A model generated the notes under the pieces. That model had not been told where the DNA came from. It saw only the letters and a program-made list of their open reading frames with translations, and did no database searches. Of a DNA stretch of 64,000 nt, positions 47,805 through 57,554 are shown in pieces (position 1 is the stretch's first letter; the number at the start of each line of letters is the position of its first letter). This DNA is from Methanobacteriota archaeon. GTDB lineage: Archaea; Thermoplasmatota; Thermoplasmata; SG8-5; JAGLSY01. The translations under genes were made by a program, and so were the position numbers. The stretch lies in NCBI GenBank assembly GCA_020696385.1, contig JAEHCQ010000002.1, forward strand, positions 1-64,000, written 5' to 3'.

Positions 47805-48370
47805 AGGGAAAATTGGTACTTCTCAGGCCGCCAAAGGAAGAGGATCTAGAATACTTCGCCAGCCTCAAGAATGATCTGCGGACCCAAGGTTGGAACCAGC
47901 GGCTGCCTCTTACTTTCACTGTCGAGAGCCTACGGGACAAGTTTTTGAAGCGTCCGGAAAAGGGCAATAAAGGAATACTGGCCATAGAGATATTGGAGGA
48001 TGGGAAACTCATAGGCAATATCTCTTATGAAGAGGGGCCAGCAAGACTGGGAGCCACTATCGGAATAGCCACCGGGACCGAGTTCTGGGGCAAAGGATAT
48101 GCCCAGGAGGCGCAGGAAATTCTGCTAAATTTCCTGTTCATCGAGCGCGGTATCCTGGTAGCCAGGCTGTGGACCCAGACAGGATTTCCATGGGCACAGA
48201 AGGCCGCGGAGAAGCTGGGCTTCCGGGTGGGAGTCCGCTTTAGAGAGAACAGCATCATCGGTGGAAAATACGTGGATTGCCTGTACATGGACATGCTGCG
48301 CGAGGAGTATTTCGCGCATCTGGGAATAGATGATCCGCTACCCGACAATGGAATCAAAGATCCATTGTAA
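47792..48370 (+). CDS. GNAT (RimJ/RimL-like) N-acetyltransferase
   Basis: LKGKLV.LRP, FWGKGYA.EA, EKLGF...RFRE, G.YVD..YMD.L.EEY; GTG start after GGTGAG. Confidence 0.88.
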   Translation: MDTLKGKLVLLRPPKEEDLEYFASLKNDLRTQGWNQRLPLTFTVESLRDKFLKRPEKGNKGILAIEILEDGKLIGNISYEEGPARLGATIGIATGTEFWGKGYAQEAQEILLNFLFIERGILVARLWTQTGFPWAQKAAEKLGFRVGVRFRENSIIGGKYVDCLYMDMLREEYFAHLGIDDPLPDNGIKDPL

Positions 48371-48381
48371 CCTAATGGAAT

Positions 48382-49932
48382 TCAATAATACTCGATGGGA
48401 ACCATATTGCCAAGATTGAGAAGAAGATCAGGATCAAAGATCTTCTTAATTTCCGCTATTTGCTGGAGTCCAGCTTTACCGTACATCAATTCCAGGTACG
48501 GGATTTCCCGACCCTCGATCAGCACGGTCTTCTTTCCCACACCGTGCTCTGCTGAAATAGTACCACCCAGTTCTATCGCTTTCTGTGCCAGTTTTAGATA
48601 AAGAGACTTGGCACTGGCCTGCTCTTCCTTCGTGTGGGTGATGAAATTGAAATGAACATGATGGTCGCCGATATGGCCCATCATTGTGTAATGCACGCCG
48701 TCTCTGGGATGCTGGCTTTTGAATCTCTCGCCGATCTCGTGGTAATAGGCCATGATATCTGGGAATGCTTCTGGAGGAACTGCGAAATCCGTCCCCATCT
48801 TGTAACTGTCATGCTGTCTGAGGTAGGTGTTGAGTTTGTCTGGCAGGGCGTGCCGGAACTCTTTCATGGCCATATTGTCGATCCTGTTCCCGGCGAACCA
48901 ATCCTCCACAGACCCGTGCTTCTTGAGAAGACTGGACAGAACACTGGTCATCTCAGGATCCAGTGTTGATAATTCCATGAATATCGCGGCCTTCACACCT
49001 TCCTTGATAGCCGGAAATTCCTCCCGAATGAAATCCAGGGCGGTGGAATTGAAAAATTCGATGGACAGGACGCCTCTGGCCTTCAGCAATCTAAGGTTAT
49101 TGGCCAGCGATGTTGCTTTTTTCTCATCGTCGAAAAAAGCAACATCGCTGAATATCTGGCCAGGTAGCTCTTCCATAACAATTTCTATCTCCGCGAATAT
49201 ACCAAAAAGACCCTCGCTCCCGATCAACAGATCGACGAGGTCCATACCCGGCTGGGAATACAACCCAGCCGCGTTCTTCACATTCGGCATCTCGTAATCA
49301 GGTATCTTGATTGAAAGCGTTTTGCCAGCTTCTGTTTTGAATTGAATCATCCCTTCATTATCGGCGAGATATTCGCCCCTGCGTATCCGAATAACTTCAC
49401 CACTGGCCAGTATCATTCGCAGGCCAGTGATCCTGTTTCTTGTGGAGCCATAATAAAAGCCTCTGGCTCCCGATGCATTGGTAGCCACATTTCCACCGAT
49501 CTGGGAAGTGCGCTCGGTGGGATCTGGTGGGTGGAAAAGATCGTAAGGCAGGCCATTGTCCAGATCTATCAGGGTGAGGCCTGGCGGGACTATCGCGGTC
49601 TTCCGATCATTGGAAAGGAGAAGACTGGCATTGCCAGCCATCGCCTGGAACTCGATGAGGTCATATCCCTCCCTTGGCCGGAACTGGATCATCCGTTCCA
49701 TGGAGATGACGATCCCCCCATGGAGTGGGACACGCGAGCCGGTTATTCCTGTACCGGCTCCTGATGTGGATATTCGAGTTTTGGAAGAGCTGGCATCCTT
49801 CATTATCTGGATGATATCCTCCTCGTTTTTGGGAAAATATACCGCACTCACACTATCGGCTGGCGCATGATGTATATTGGCCTCGTCTGTGAGATAATCC
49901 AGAATTTCCTCCTTTTTCACTTTGATATCCAT
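48382..49932 (-). CDS. FAD-binding oxidoreductase (GlcD/D-lactate dehydrogenase-like)
   Basis: GAGTGITG, PPDPTE, IGGNVATNASG, GSEG..GI, GHIGD.HVH, AEHGVG, DP...LN.G; start set to ATG 49932 to avoid overlap. Confidence 0.9.
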   Translation of the reverse strand: MDIKVKKEEILDYLTDEANIHHAPADSVSAVYFPKNEEDIIQIMKDASSSKTRISTSGAGTGITGSRVPLHGGIVISMERMIQFRPREGYDLIEFQAMAGNASLLLSNDRKTAIVPPGLTLIDLDNGLPYDLFHPPDPTERTSQIGGNVATNASGARGFYYGSTRNRITGLRMILASGEVIRIRRGEYLADNEGMIQFKTEAGKTLSIKIPDYEMPNVKNAAGLYSQPGMDLVDLLIGSEGLFGIFAEIEIVMEELPGQIFSDVAFFDDEKKATSLANNLRLLKARGVLSIEFFNSTALDFIREEFPAIKEGVKAAIFMELSTLDPEMTSVLSSLLKKHGSVEDWFAGNRIDNMAMKEFRHALPDKLNTYLRQHDSYKMGTDFAVPPEAFPDIMAYYHEIGERFKSQHPRDGVHYTMMGHIGDHHVHFNFITHTKEEQASAKSLYLKLAQKAIELGGTISAEHGVGKKTVLIEGREIPYLELMYGKAGLQQIAEIKKIFDPDLLLNLGNMVPIEYY

Positions 49933-49993
49933 CGACCCGCATAGGCCGGATTTCCCTAAATATTTTTTTATCGTGTGGGCGCATACGCAATGG

Positions 49994-50641
49994 ATGATGA
50001 GGGCTTGTGAGTTGTGCGGGGAAGAAGTGCCGAAGACATCTGGCAAGTGTTCCAGATGTGGCTTTGAATTCCCACCAGCTATAACTTCCGACACTCGCGA
50101 CCAGGCCATACTCGATAAGAATGATGGTAGGGAAGCTGGGGATATTAAAAAAGGACTGGCAGAGCGATTTTCCAAGTACATTTCCTTTTTCGAGAACATG
50201 GATCCGAACAGCATCAGACCAGATGAGTTCTCGTCCTTCGTGGAAGAGGCGGTATCCCATCTTCACATACCGGCGACAATAGAGCTGGATGATGATATAA
50301 AATTCAATGACAAGGAAAAGCAGGTCATCCTGGTGATATCCAGAAGATTACTGGACCCAGACGCGCTCGATCTTGTTTCCCGAGTACGGACAAGGACAAT
50401 GATCATGCTGACCAATGGCCTATACTCGCTCGAAATGCCAGTGGAATCGATGCAAATGGTGAACATGGCCGTACACCGAGACCCGAAGGATATGGACGCA
50501 CTCTACGGCAAGGCGAAAATTCTGCTATTCGAGAAGAACTACGCGGCCTCGAAGCGATGTCTTGAAAAGATAATAGACAGGCAGCCAGACAGGGACGAGG
50601 CGAAATATCTGCTGGAGATGATAGAGCAGATATCTTCCTAA
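49994..50641 (+). CDS. Zn-ribbon + TPR-like protein
   Basis: CELC..CSRC N-terminus; DP....ALY.KA..L......A...LE.I....P TPR-like C-terminus. Confidence 0.7.
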   Translation: MMRACELCGEEVPKTSGKCSRCGFEFPPAITSDTRDQAILDKNDGREAGDIKKGLAERFSKYISFFENMDPNSIRPDEFSSFVEEAVSHLHIPATIELDDDIKFNDKEKQVILVISRRLLDPDALDLVSRVRTRTMIMLTNGLYSLEMPVESMQMVNMAVHRDPKDMDALYGKAKILLFEKNYAASKRCLEKIIDRQPDRDEAKYLLEMIEQISS

Positions 50642-50658
50642 TTCCAAATAATGCTGGC

Positions 50659-51804
50659 CTATTTCATGGGAATTGTAGCTGCCACTTCTGACAGTATATC
50701 CATGCCCTTCTCGATATTCTCAATGGTATTGGCATATGAGAACCTGAGATGACCTTCGCCACCACTGCCGAATGCAGAGCCTGGAGCGCATATCATTCCA
50801 GCCTCAAGAAGCTTCATTGCGAAATCCATACCCAGTATGTCATGATCGAAGGATGGGAAAGCGTAGAAAGCCCCGTTTGGTTTCAAGCATGTGAAGCCGT
50901 CGATCTTGTTGATGCGATCGACGATGACATCTCGCCTTTTCTTGAGGATTGCCACTCGCTCATCTATCTTATTGTCAGGTGCTTCCATCGCCTTCTGGCA
51001 AGCGAACTGCAATGGGGTTGGAGGGCATGCGATATTGTAATATTGGATCTTGGAAAGGTCCTTGATAAGTTCCTCGGAGGAGGCCATGTATCCCACTCTC
51101 CAGCCGGTCATGGCGAAGGATTTTGAGAATGAATTTATGTAAACCACATTGTCATAATCTCCATTAAGGAAGGAATGATGTTCGCCATCGTAGACTATCT
51201 TGTCATACACCTCATCTGATATTATGACGAGATCGTGATCGATGGCTATGTCCCTGATGGCTCGTATGGTGTCCTTGTCTATGACCCCGGATGTTGGGTT
51301 ATTGGGCGTATTGAGTATAATTGCTTTTGTCCGTGTGTTGATAAGCTCCAGTATCTCATCTGGCTGTGGAACGAACGCATGCTCCTGCTTGAGCGAGTAT
51401 TTAACTGGGAAAGCACCGCACATGATCGCGTGTGGTGAGTAAAGCACGAAGCCAGGATCGGGAATGAGGATCTCATCACCATGATCGAAGAGGGCCATCG
51501 CGGACACCAAAAGACCCTGGGTGGCACCTGCGGTGATCATCACGTTCTCACGGGTGACATCCTTCCTGTTCTTATGAAGGCTTTCAGCTATGGAGTCTCT
51601 AAGTGCTGGTAGACCCTTGGTCGGGCCATAGCCATTATGCCCCTCATTGACTGCCTGCGACAAGGCCTGCTTTGCCTCGTCGATAGGTTCAAAATCCAGC
51701 TCACCGATACCAAGATTTATGGTCCCTGGCTTAGCCAATTCGAACATCTTTCTTATTCCGGATATCTCAAGCCTTTTTGTCCTTGCTGCTGCCCAATCTC
51801 TCAT
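50659..51804 (-). CDS. PLP-dependent aminotransferase class I/II (AspAT-like)
   Basis: YG...GL..LR, NTPNNPT, SDEVY, SFSKSFAMTGWRVG, LRFSYA. Confidence 0.93.
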   Translation of the reverse strand: MRDWAAARTKRLEISGIRKMFELAKPGTINLGIGELDFEPIDEAKQALSQAVNEGHNGYGPTKGLPALRDSIAESLHKNRKDVTRENVMITAGATQGLLVSAMALFDHGDEILIPDPGFVLYSPHAIMCGAFPVKYSLKQEHAFVPQPDEILELINTRTKAIILNTPNNPTSGVIDKDTIRAIRDIAIDHDLVIISDEVYDKIVYDGEHHSFLNGDYDNVVYINSFSKSFAMTGWRVGYMASSEELIKDLSKIQYYNIACPPTPLQFACQKAMEAPDNKIDERVAILKKRRDVIVDRINKIDGFTCLKPNGAFYAFPSFDHDILGMDFAMKLLEAGMICAPGSAFGSGGEGHLRFSYANTIENIEKGMDILSEVAATIPMK

Positions 51805-51994
51805 GCGGACAGCAATGATACAACTTGATTTTAAAGTCTTCGGAATGGTTATCACATTTTGTTAAAATATGGCGTGTGAGAATGGCAGAGAGATGTGTGA
51901 TGGAACTTCTGACCAAAACATTCAAAACTTCAGAGTTAGATAGTTTCAGGAAAGTTTATATCACAATGGATATTAACCCTGGTTGAGTGATAAA

Positions 51995-52705
51995 ATGCAA
52001 GCAGGACAAATGGCTTATGATAGGGCAATAACTGTATTTTCCCCAGATGGTAGACTGTTCCAAGTAGAATATGCGAGAGTCGCCGTTAGCAGGGGTACGA
52101 CAACAGCCGGTCTTAAATTCAAGGACGGTGTCGTGATAATGGCAGATAAAAAAATGGGCAGCAGGCTCATTGAATCCAATTCAATAGAGAAGATATTCTC
52201 GATCGACAAACACATTGGCTGTGCGACCTCTGGCTTGGTTGCCGATGCTAGAGCATTGGTGGATTATGCAAGAGTTGTCGGGCAGGTCAATAAGGTGACT
52301 TATGAAGAAAGGATAAGCGTCGACATACTGGTCAAGAAGATCTGCGACTACAAGCAGAACTACACCCAGTATGGTGGTGTACGTCCCTTCGGAACCGCCC
52401 TTCTGGTTGGAGGTGTTGATTCACATGGAAACCACCTGTATGAAACAGACCCAAGCGGTGCCTTGATATCCTACAAAGCCGGAAGCATAGGCTCTGGCCG
52501 CGCAGTTGTTATGGAACTCTTCGAGGAGAAGTACAAGGACAATATGAAGATGGAAGACGCCGTGCTCCTTGGTCTTGAAGGTTTGAAGAAAGCCAGTGAT
52601 GATCCATTGACACCAGATACTGTTGAGATCGGCATCATAAGAAAAGACAAGGACTTCGAGAAACTGGACGAGGCCGCTATCAAAAAATACCTCGATAAGT
52701 TATAA
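51995..52705 (+). CDS. psmA: Proteasome alpha subunit
   Basis: YDRAITVFSPDGRLFQVEYA, SGLVADAR, TQYGGVRPFG, ETDPSG. Confidence 0.97.
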   Translation: MQAGQMAYDRAITVFSPDGRLFQVEYARVAVSRGTTTAGLKFKDGVVIMADKKMGSRLIESNSIEKIFSIDKHIGCATSGLVADARALVDYARVVGQVNKVTYEERISVDILVKKICDYKQNYTQYGGVRPFGTALLVGGVDSHGNHLYETDPSGALISYKAGSIGSGRAVVMELFEEKYKDNMKMEDAVLLGLEGLKKASDDPLTPDTVEIGIIRKDKDFEKLDEAAIKKYLDKL

Positions 52706-52742
52706 GGACTATTATCTCCTTATTACTTCGGGTGTTGATAAG

Positions 52743-53474
52743 ATGGTTAAGGACAGGATGATCCAAAAAGAATATACGGATAATCTAATGGATGGTATGG
52801 TCATTGCGAGCTATGACAGCCATGGGCATACATTTGAGATCATTGTGGAAGCGGATGCCGTGGACAAGATCCGAACAGGAGAGACTGAGGATATTCTGGA
52901 GCACATGCCTGAAGATACTATATTCAAGGATGCCAGAAAGGGAGACCGAGCTTCTGAAGATGCTATAAACCAGGTCTTTCCTTCCAGTGATGTATCGGAT
53001 ATCGTCAAGGTGATAATATCCAAAGGACAGGTCCAGCTTACTACCGAACAGAGAAAGGTGATGACTGAGGAGAAGAGAAAGCAAGTCATTCATCTGATCT
53101 CCAGGGAGGTCATGAACCCACAGACCAAGATGCCACACCCGCCTCAGAGGATCGAGATGGCGATGGACGAAGCAGGAGTGCACATAGACCCTTTCAAATC
53201 CGTCAATGTCCAGATGAAGGAGGTCGTGGATGCTTTAAGACCACTTCTTCCTATAAGCTTCGAGAAGGTGAAGATGGCCGTCAAGGTCTCCGCAACAGAT
53301 TATGGTAGATGCTTTGGCGACATCAAGAATTTTGGAAAGATCATAAGAGAGGAATGGCAAAATGATGGCTCATGGATCGGTGTCATAGAGATGGCTGGCG
53401 GACTTCAAACGGACTTCATGTCCAAGATAGGTGAGAAGACCAAGGGAGCTGCTGATATCAAGGTGGTCAGGTAG
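52743..53474 (+). CDS. Ribosome maturation factor SBDS/Sdo1
   Basis: FEI.V, IFKDARKG.RA, QLTTEQRK, NPQT..PHPP.RIE.AM, EEW..DGSW. Confidence 0.95.
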   Translation: MVKDRMIQKEYTDNLMDGMVIASYDSHGHTFEIIVEADAVDKIRTGETEDILEHMPEDTIFKDARKGDRASEDAINQVFPSSDVSDIVKVIISKGQVQLTTEQRKVMTEEKRKQVIHLISREVMNPQTKMPHPPQRIEMAMDEAGVHIDPFKSVNVQMKEVVDALRPLLPISFEKVKMAVKVSATDYGRCFGDIKNFGKIIREEWQNDGSWIGVIEMAGGLQTDFMSKIGEKTKGAADIKVVR

Positions 53475-53511
53475 AACCAAAAACCCACCACCAATTTCTA
53501 AGGATGATAAA

Positions 53512-54237
53512 ATGAACTCACAGGAAGCTACTCCGAATGAAAGGGTATTTGTTTTACCTGGAGATATTCTTGGAGATGATAGTTTTAAATCAGGATCTGG
53601 AACCTACATCAAGGATGGTGTGATCCATGCCGCACAGGTTGGAGTTCTGAACATTAACAGGGATTTTATCAATATAATGCCTGCCTTCAGCAGTTATGTC
53701 CCCAAACATGGAGACTCCGTTATCGGAATAATAGTTGATAATGGTCCTTCCAGTTGGATGGTTAATATCGGCTGTCCATACACTGCCATGATGCACACGA
53801 ATGACGTACAATGGAATGTCAAATACGGCGATACTGGTAAGTACCTGAAACCTGGTGATGCCATACTGGCAAAGGTCTCCAATGTGAACGAGGTCAAAAA
53901 GATTCAGATCGCGATGAAAGAGCATGGCCTGAGAAAGCTGGAAAGCGGGATACTGGTCAAGGTACCACAACCCAAGGTCCCACGAATTATTGGTAAGGGG
54001 GGATCGATGATCGCCATGCTGAAACAGAAGACCCAGACAAGGATGTTCGTGGGTCAAAATGGCATGATATGGGTCGAAGGCGAGGATAATAATATGGAGG
54101 TTGTGTCGCAGGCGATACAAATCATCAAGGACAGGGCCCACGTGTCCGGACTGACGGATTATATGGAGAACTATCTGGATAGCCAGGACTGTCGCGATAG
54201 TCGCGACAGTCCTGATATTGGAAGTAATGGGGATTGA
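53512..54237 (+). CDS. rrp4: Exosome RNA-binding subunit Rrp4
   Basis: V.PGD.L, Y.PK.GD.VIG, KVPRIIG.GGSM, VGQNG.IW, AH..GLT. Confidence 0.95.
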   Translation: MNSQEATPNERVFVLPGDILGDDSFKSGSGTYIKDGVIHAAQVGVLNINRDFINIMPAFSSYVPKHGDSVIGIIVDNGPSSWMVNIGCPYTAMMHTNDVQWNVKYGDTGKYLKPGDAILAKVSNVNEVKKIQIAMKEHGLRKLESGILVKVPQPKVPRIIGKGGSMIAMLKQKTQTRMFVGQNGMIWVEGEDNNMEVVSQAIQIIKDRAHVSGLTDYMENYLDSQDCRDSRDSPDIGSNGD

Positions 54238-55004
54238 AAATGGATAATGTACAACTTATTGATGATAATGGCAAAAGGAATGATGGCAGAGGTCCAGAAG
54301 ATCTCAGACCCATCAAGATCGAGGCCGGGGTCCTTAACAATGCAGATGGCTCCGCTTATATCGAATGGGGCAAGAACAAGATCATTGTCGGAGTCTATGG
54401 ACCGAGGGAGATGCATCAAAAACATCTTCAAAAGCCAGACAGAGCCATCGTCCAAGTCAATTACAGCATGGCCAGCTTCTCCGTGGATGAAAGAAAGAGA
54501 CCGGGCCAAGGTAGAAGGGAGCTTGAGATCTCCAAGATATTATCCGAAGCACTGGAGAGATCGATCATATCGAACAAATACCCGAGAACCTCGATAGATG
54601 TTTTTATCGAGGTCTTGGAAGCAAATGCGGGAACCAGATGTGCTGGACTGACCGCGGCCTCGGTCGCGATGGCCGATGCCGGTATTCCGATGACTGGACT
54701 GATCGCATCATGCGCTTCAGGGAAAGTGGATGGACAGGTTGTCCTTGACCTTGACAAGCTGGAGGATAATACAGGAGATGCGGACCTGCCAGTGGGGTAT
54801 ATCCCATTGACAGACGAGGTCGTGCTTTTGCAGATGGACGGACACCTTACACCACAGGAATTCGATAAGGCATTCGGCCTGGCAAAAAATGCATGTGTCG
54901 AGATTCATCAGCTGCAGAGGGATGCTCTGACAAAGAAATATTCACAAGATCCAGATGAAGATAATGGAGAAGACCAAGCTGGCGAGGAGGTGGTTTCTGA
55001 ATGA
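54234..55004 (+). CDS. rrp41: Exosome exonuclease Rrp41
   Basis: R.DGR...LRPIKI, ADGSAY, VYGPRE, Y.MA.FS..ERK, AGTR..G.TAAS, D..EDN...AD. Confidence 0.96.
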   Translation: MKMDNVQLIDDNGKRNDGRGPEDLRPIKIEAGVLNNADGSAYIEWGKNKIIVGVYGPREMHQKHLQKPDRAIVQVNYSMASFSVDERKRPGQGRRELEISKILSEALERSIISNKYPRTSIDVFIEVLEANAGTRCAGLTAASVAMADAGIPMTGLIASCASGKVDGQVVLDLDKLEDNTGDADLPVGYIPLTDEVVLLQMDGHLTPQEFDKAFGLAKNACVEIHQLQRDALTKKYSQDPDEDNGEDQAGEEVVSE

Positions 55005-55780
55005 AGGACATCGTGCCAGATCTCAGGGTGGAGCAAATAAAAAGGCTGGCATCCAGTGGAAAGCGACTGGATGGTAGAGGACTTGAACAATTCCGGGATA
55101 TCGAGATACAAAAGAATGTTCTGGGCAGTGCGGAGGGATCTGCAAGGATCAAGCTGGGCAAGACAGATATCATCGTCGGCATAAAGGTCGGAATGGGTCA
55201 GCCGTATAGCAATAAGCCAGATCATGGAATGCTGGCAACCAGTGTGGAGCTCAAGCCCATCGCTCACCATAGTTTTGACCAGAACACCACGAAGCCCATG
55301 TCCATCGAGATATCCAGGGTCGTTGACAGAGGAATTCGGGAAAGTGGCATGATCGACCTGAAAAGCCTATGTTTGGAATCTGGCAAGAAATGCTGGATGG
55401 TGAATCTGGATATCATGGTATTGGATTTTGATGGTAATTTGATCGATGCATCCACGATCGGAAGCCTGATCGCGCTTTCCGGTACCAATGTGCCCGCATC
55501 TAACTTCGGCATGGGTAAAGATTTCTCGCTGCCGATTGGAGATATGCCTGTTTCGACCACATTTGTCAAGATCGGAGAACATATTTTGATCGATCCAACA
55601 GGCGTTGAAGAGGCTGTGGCCGATGCCCGTTTGACCATCACCACCGATGCCTCAGGAAACCTAAGAGCTATGCAGAAAGGTTTAAGTGGGGCTCTTTATT
55701 ACGAGGACGTTACCAAAGCTATAGAACACTCCATAAAAACAGGTAAGGACATAAGGGAAATCATCCAAAGGAGGGATTAA
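55001..55780 (+). CDS. rrp42: Exosome subunit Rrp42
   Basis: RLDGR...FR, AEGSA...[31 protein letters not shown]. Confidence 0.95.
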   Translation: MKDIVPDLRVEQIKRLASSGKRLDGRGLEQFRDIEIQKNVLGSAEGSARIKLGKTDIIVGIKVGMGQPYSNKPDHGMLATSVELKPIAHHSFDQNTTKPMSIEISRVVDRGIRESGMIDLKSLCLESGKKCWMVNLDIMVLDFDGNLIDASTIGSLIALSGTNVPASNFGMGKDFSLPIGDMPVSTTFVKIGEHILIDPTGVEEAVADARLTITTDASGNLRAMQKGLSGALYYEDVTKAIEHSIKTGKDIREIIQRRD

Positions 55781-55783
55781 TAA

Positions 55784-56188
55784 ATGGCAAGGCGAACCAA
55801 GAAAGTTGGAATTACAGGCAAGTTTGGACCCAGATACGGTGTCACAGTTAGAAAGAAGATTAAGGAAGCCAGCAAGGCAAGGCAGTCCCCACAGAAGTGC
55901 CCGGAGTGTCAATACTCCGCGGTCAAGAGGGAAAGCAGTGGTATCTGGATATGCAGTCATTGTGGCCTTAAGTTCGCGGCCTCGGCCTATTCGATCAAGA
56001 CCAGGGAATTCAAGAAGGAACAGGCCACTATGCTGGAATATGAAGAATTAAGCCCTGATGAATTGGCTGCTGTAGAGGTCGAAGAGCCAGTGCAAGAGGA
56101 GATCATCGAAACAGAGGTCGTGGAAGAAGAGCTCGTCCCTGAAGAGATAGGCTCCGAGATGGAAATGGAAACCGAAGAGGTGGAATGA
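55784..56188 (+). CDS. rpl37ae: 50S ribosomal protein eL43 (L37Ae) with acidic C-terminal extension
   Basis: KVG..GKFGPRYG, CPEC, GIW.C..C. Confidence 0.95.
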   Translation: MARRTKKVGITGKFGPRYGVTVRKKIKEASKARQSPQKCPECQYSAVKRESSGIWICSHCGLKFAASAYSIKTREFKKEQATMLEYEELSPDELAAVEVEEPVQEEIIETEVVEEELVPEEIGSEMEMETEEVE

Positions 56189-56189
56189 T

Positions 56190-56324
56190 ATGTACAGATG
56201 TGGGAAGTGCAAGAATCAAATCAGAGGAGACACCAATATCGTCGGTATCCAGTGTACGAATTGTGGCTCAAAGATCTTTTACAAAGAGAGACCGAACGTG
56301 AAGAAATCCATACAGGCGAGATGA
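56190..56324 (+). CDS. rpoP: RNA polymerase subunit P (Rpo12), 44 aa, below the ORF-track cutoff
   Basis: MYRCGKC...IQCTNCGSKIFYKERP...AR; GAGGTGG RBS; canonical position after rpl37ae. Confidence 0.93.
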   Translation: MYRCGKCKNQIRGDTNIVGIQCTNCGSKIFYKERPNVKKSIQAR

Positions 56325-56328
56325 TACC

Positions 56329-56763
56329 TTGCCTGTGAAGAACTTCGAAATGGTCTCCATAGATGCCAGGCGCTTTTCAAAACCTGGCGAGAAGCATACC
56401 AATATCAGAATAGATCACAATAGCTCGATCACCCAGATAGTGGAGATCAATGACAAGGAAGCTGGCATTGATTACCGCTTCACTGCCAATTACACAGGTA
56501 TTGGCGTCATTAAGATCGAGGGAAGGATAGTTTTCGAGGGAAACGCTGCTGAGATAGCGCACATGTGGGCCACTGAGCACAAGATGCCCGATGATGTCGC
56601 CAATCAGATTCATGGTGCGATAATGAGCAATTGCTTGCCAGAAGCCGTCATACTGGCAAGGGACATTAGATTGCCACCGCCCATACCGATGCCACAGGTG
56701 AAAGTGGGTGGCCAGCAACAGGATAAGAAGTCCCAGCCATCCAGTGGCATTGAAGTCGCTTAG
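56329..56763 (+). CDS. Conserved hypothetical protein, possible SecB-like fold
   Basis: TTG start; beta-rich 'F.A.Y...G.I.IEG' then helix and 'LPPP.PMP'; co-oriented at the end of the exosome operon. Confidence 0.7.
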   Translation: MPVKNFEMVSIDARRFSKPGEKHTNIRIDHNSSITQIVEINDKEAGIDYRFTANYTGIGVIKIEGRIVFEGNAAEIAHMWATEHKMPDDVANQIHGAIMSNCLPEAVILARDIRLPPPIPMPQVKVGGQQQDKKSQPSSGIEVA

Positions 56764-56863
56764 ACTTCAAAGCCCTCCAGTGGTATTGAAGTCACTTAGA
56801 CTTCAAAACCCTCCAGTGGTATTGAGATTGCTTAACCTCAAAACTCTCAGGTGGTATTGAGGT
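56735..56863. repeat. Tandem 36-bp repeat, about 3.6 copies, each with an internal palindrome
   Basis: Units start at 56735, 56771, 56807 and 56842 (partial); consensus a(g/a)ccctccagtggtattgaagtc(g/a)cttagacttcaa. Confidence 0.9.
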
Positions 56864-56888
56864 AGTGAGATATCTATCTAAACAAACA

Positions 56889-57554
56889 TCACACCAGTTT
56901 TCCATCTCTCATTCTTATCACACGATCGGTCACATCCGCAATCTCCCGCTCATGAGTGACAAGAATAATGGTCTTCCCGCTCTCTGCCAGTCTCTTGAAG
57001 AGCTGTATGATGTATTGGCCTGTTTCGGAATCCAAGTTACCCGTGGGCTCGTCGGCCAGGATTATCGGAGGATCGTTCATGAGGGCCCTAGCAATGGCCA
57101 CCCTCTGTCTCTCCCCTCCACTGAGTTGATTTGGCAGGTGATCATGCCTGTGATCCATGCCCACCGCGGCCAGAAGCTCCAACGCTCTATCCGGAAATTG
57201 CTCATTGTCGAACATCTGGGGCAACATCACGTTCTCCAGTGATGTCAAAGTGGGCACCAGATTGAAGAATTGGAAGACAAAGCCAATATTCTCCTTCCTG
57301 AACCTTGTCAGGGCCTTGTCCCCCAAGTTACCAGCCTCACTTCCATTTATGAACACATTACCGGATGTTGGTGAATCCAGGCACCCGACTATGTGAAGAA
57401 GGGTTGATTTCCCAGCACCACTGGGCCCCGAGATGGAGACGAATTCCCCTTTCTCTATCACCATATCCAGGCCGTCCAGTGCCTTGATGGTCGTAGTGCC
57501 CATCTGATAGAATTTCTCTATGCCCTCCAGTTTTATCATATCACCATCACTCAT
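56889..57554 (-). CDS. ABC transporter ATP-binding protein (LolD/MacB-like)
   Basis: [46 protein letters not shown]. Confidence 0.95.
   Translation of the reverse strand: MSDGDMIKLEGIEKFYQMGTTTIKALDGLDMVIEKGEFVSISGPSGAGKSTLLHIVGCLDSPTSGNVFINGSEAGNLGDKALTRFRKENIGFVFQFFNLVPTLTSLENVMLPQMFDNEQFPDRALELLAAVGMDHRHDHLPNQLSGGERQRVAIARALMNDPPIILADEPTGNLDSETGQYIIQLFKRLAESGKTIILVTHEREIADVTDRVIRMRDGKLV

Noticed and set aside
49933-50214. N-terminal extension of the FAD oxidoreductase in the ORF track
   Set aside because: Overlaps the divergent Zn-ribbon/TPR gene; homology-like sequence begins at ATG 49932
56738-56825. Replication origin ORB boxes (TCCAGTGG core)
   Set aside because: Lacks the GAAA continuation and G-string, there is no adjacent cdc6/orc1 or AT-rich unwinding element, and the motif is explained by Ser-Ser-Gly codons
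56735-56863. CRISPR array
   Set aside because: The 36-bp palindromic units are head-to-tail with no unique spacers, there are no cas genes, and copy 1 is coding sequence
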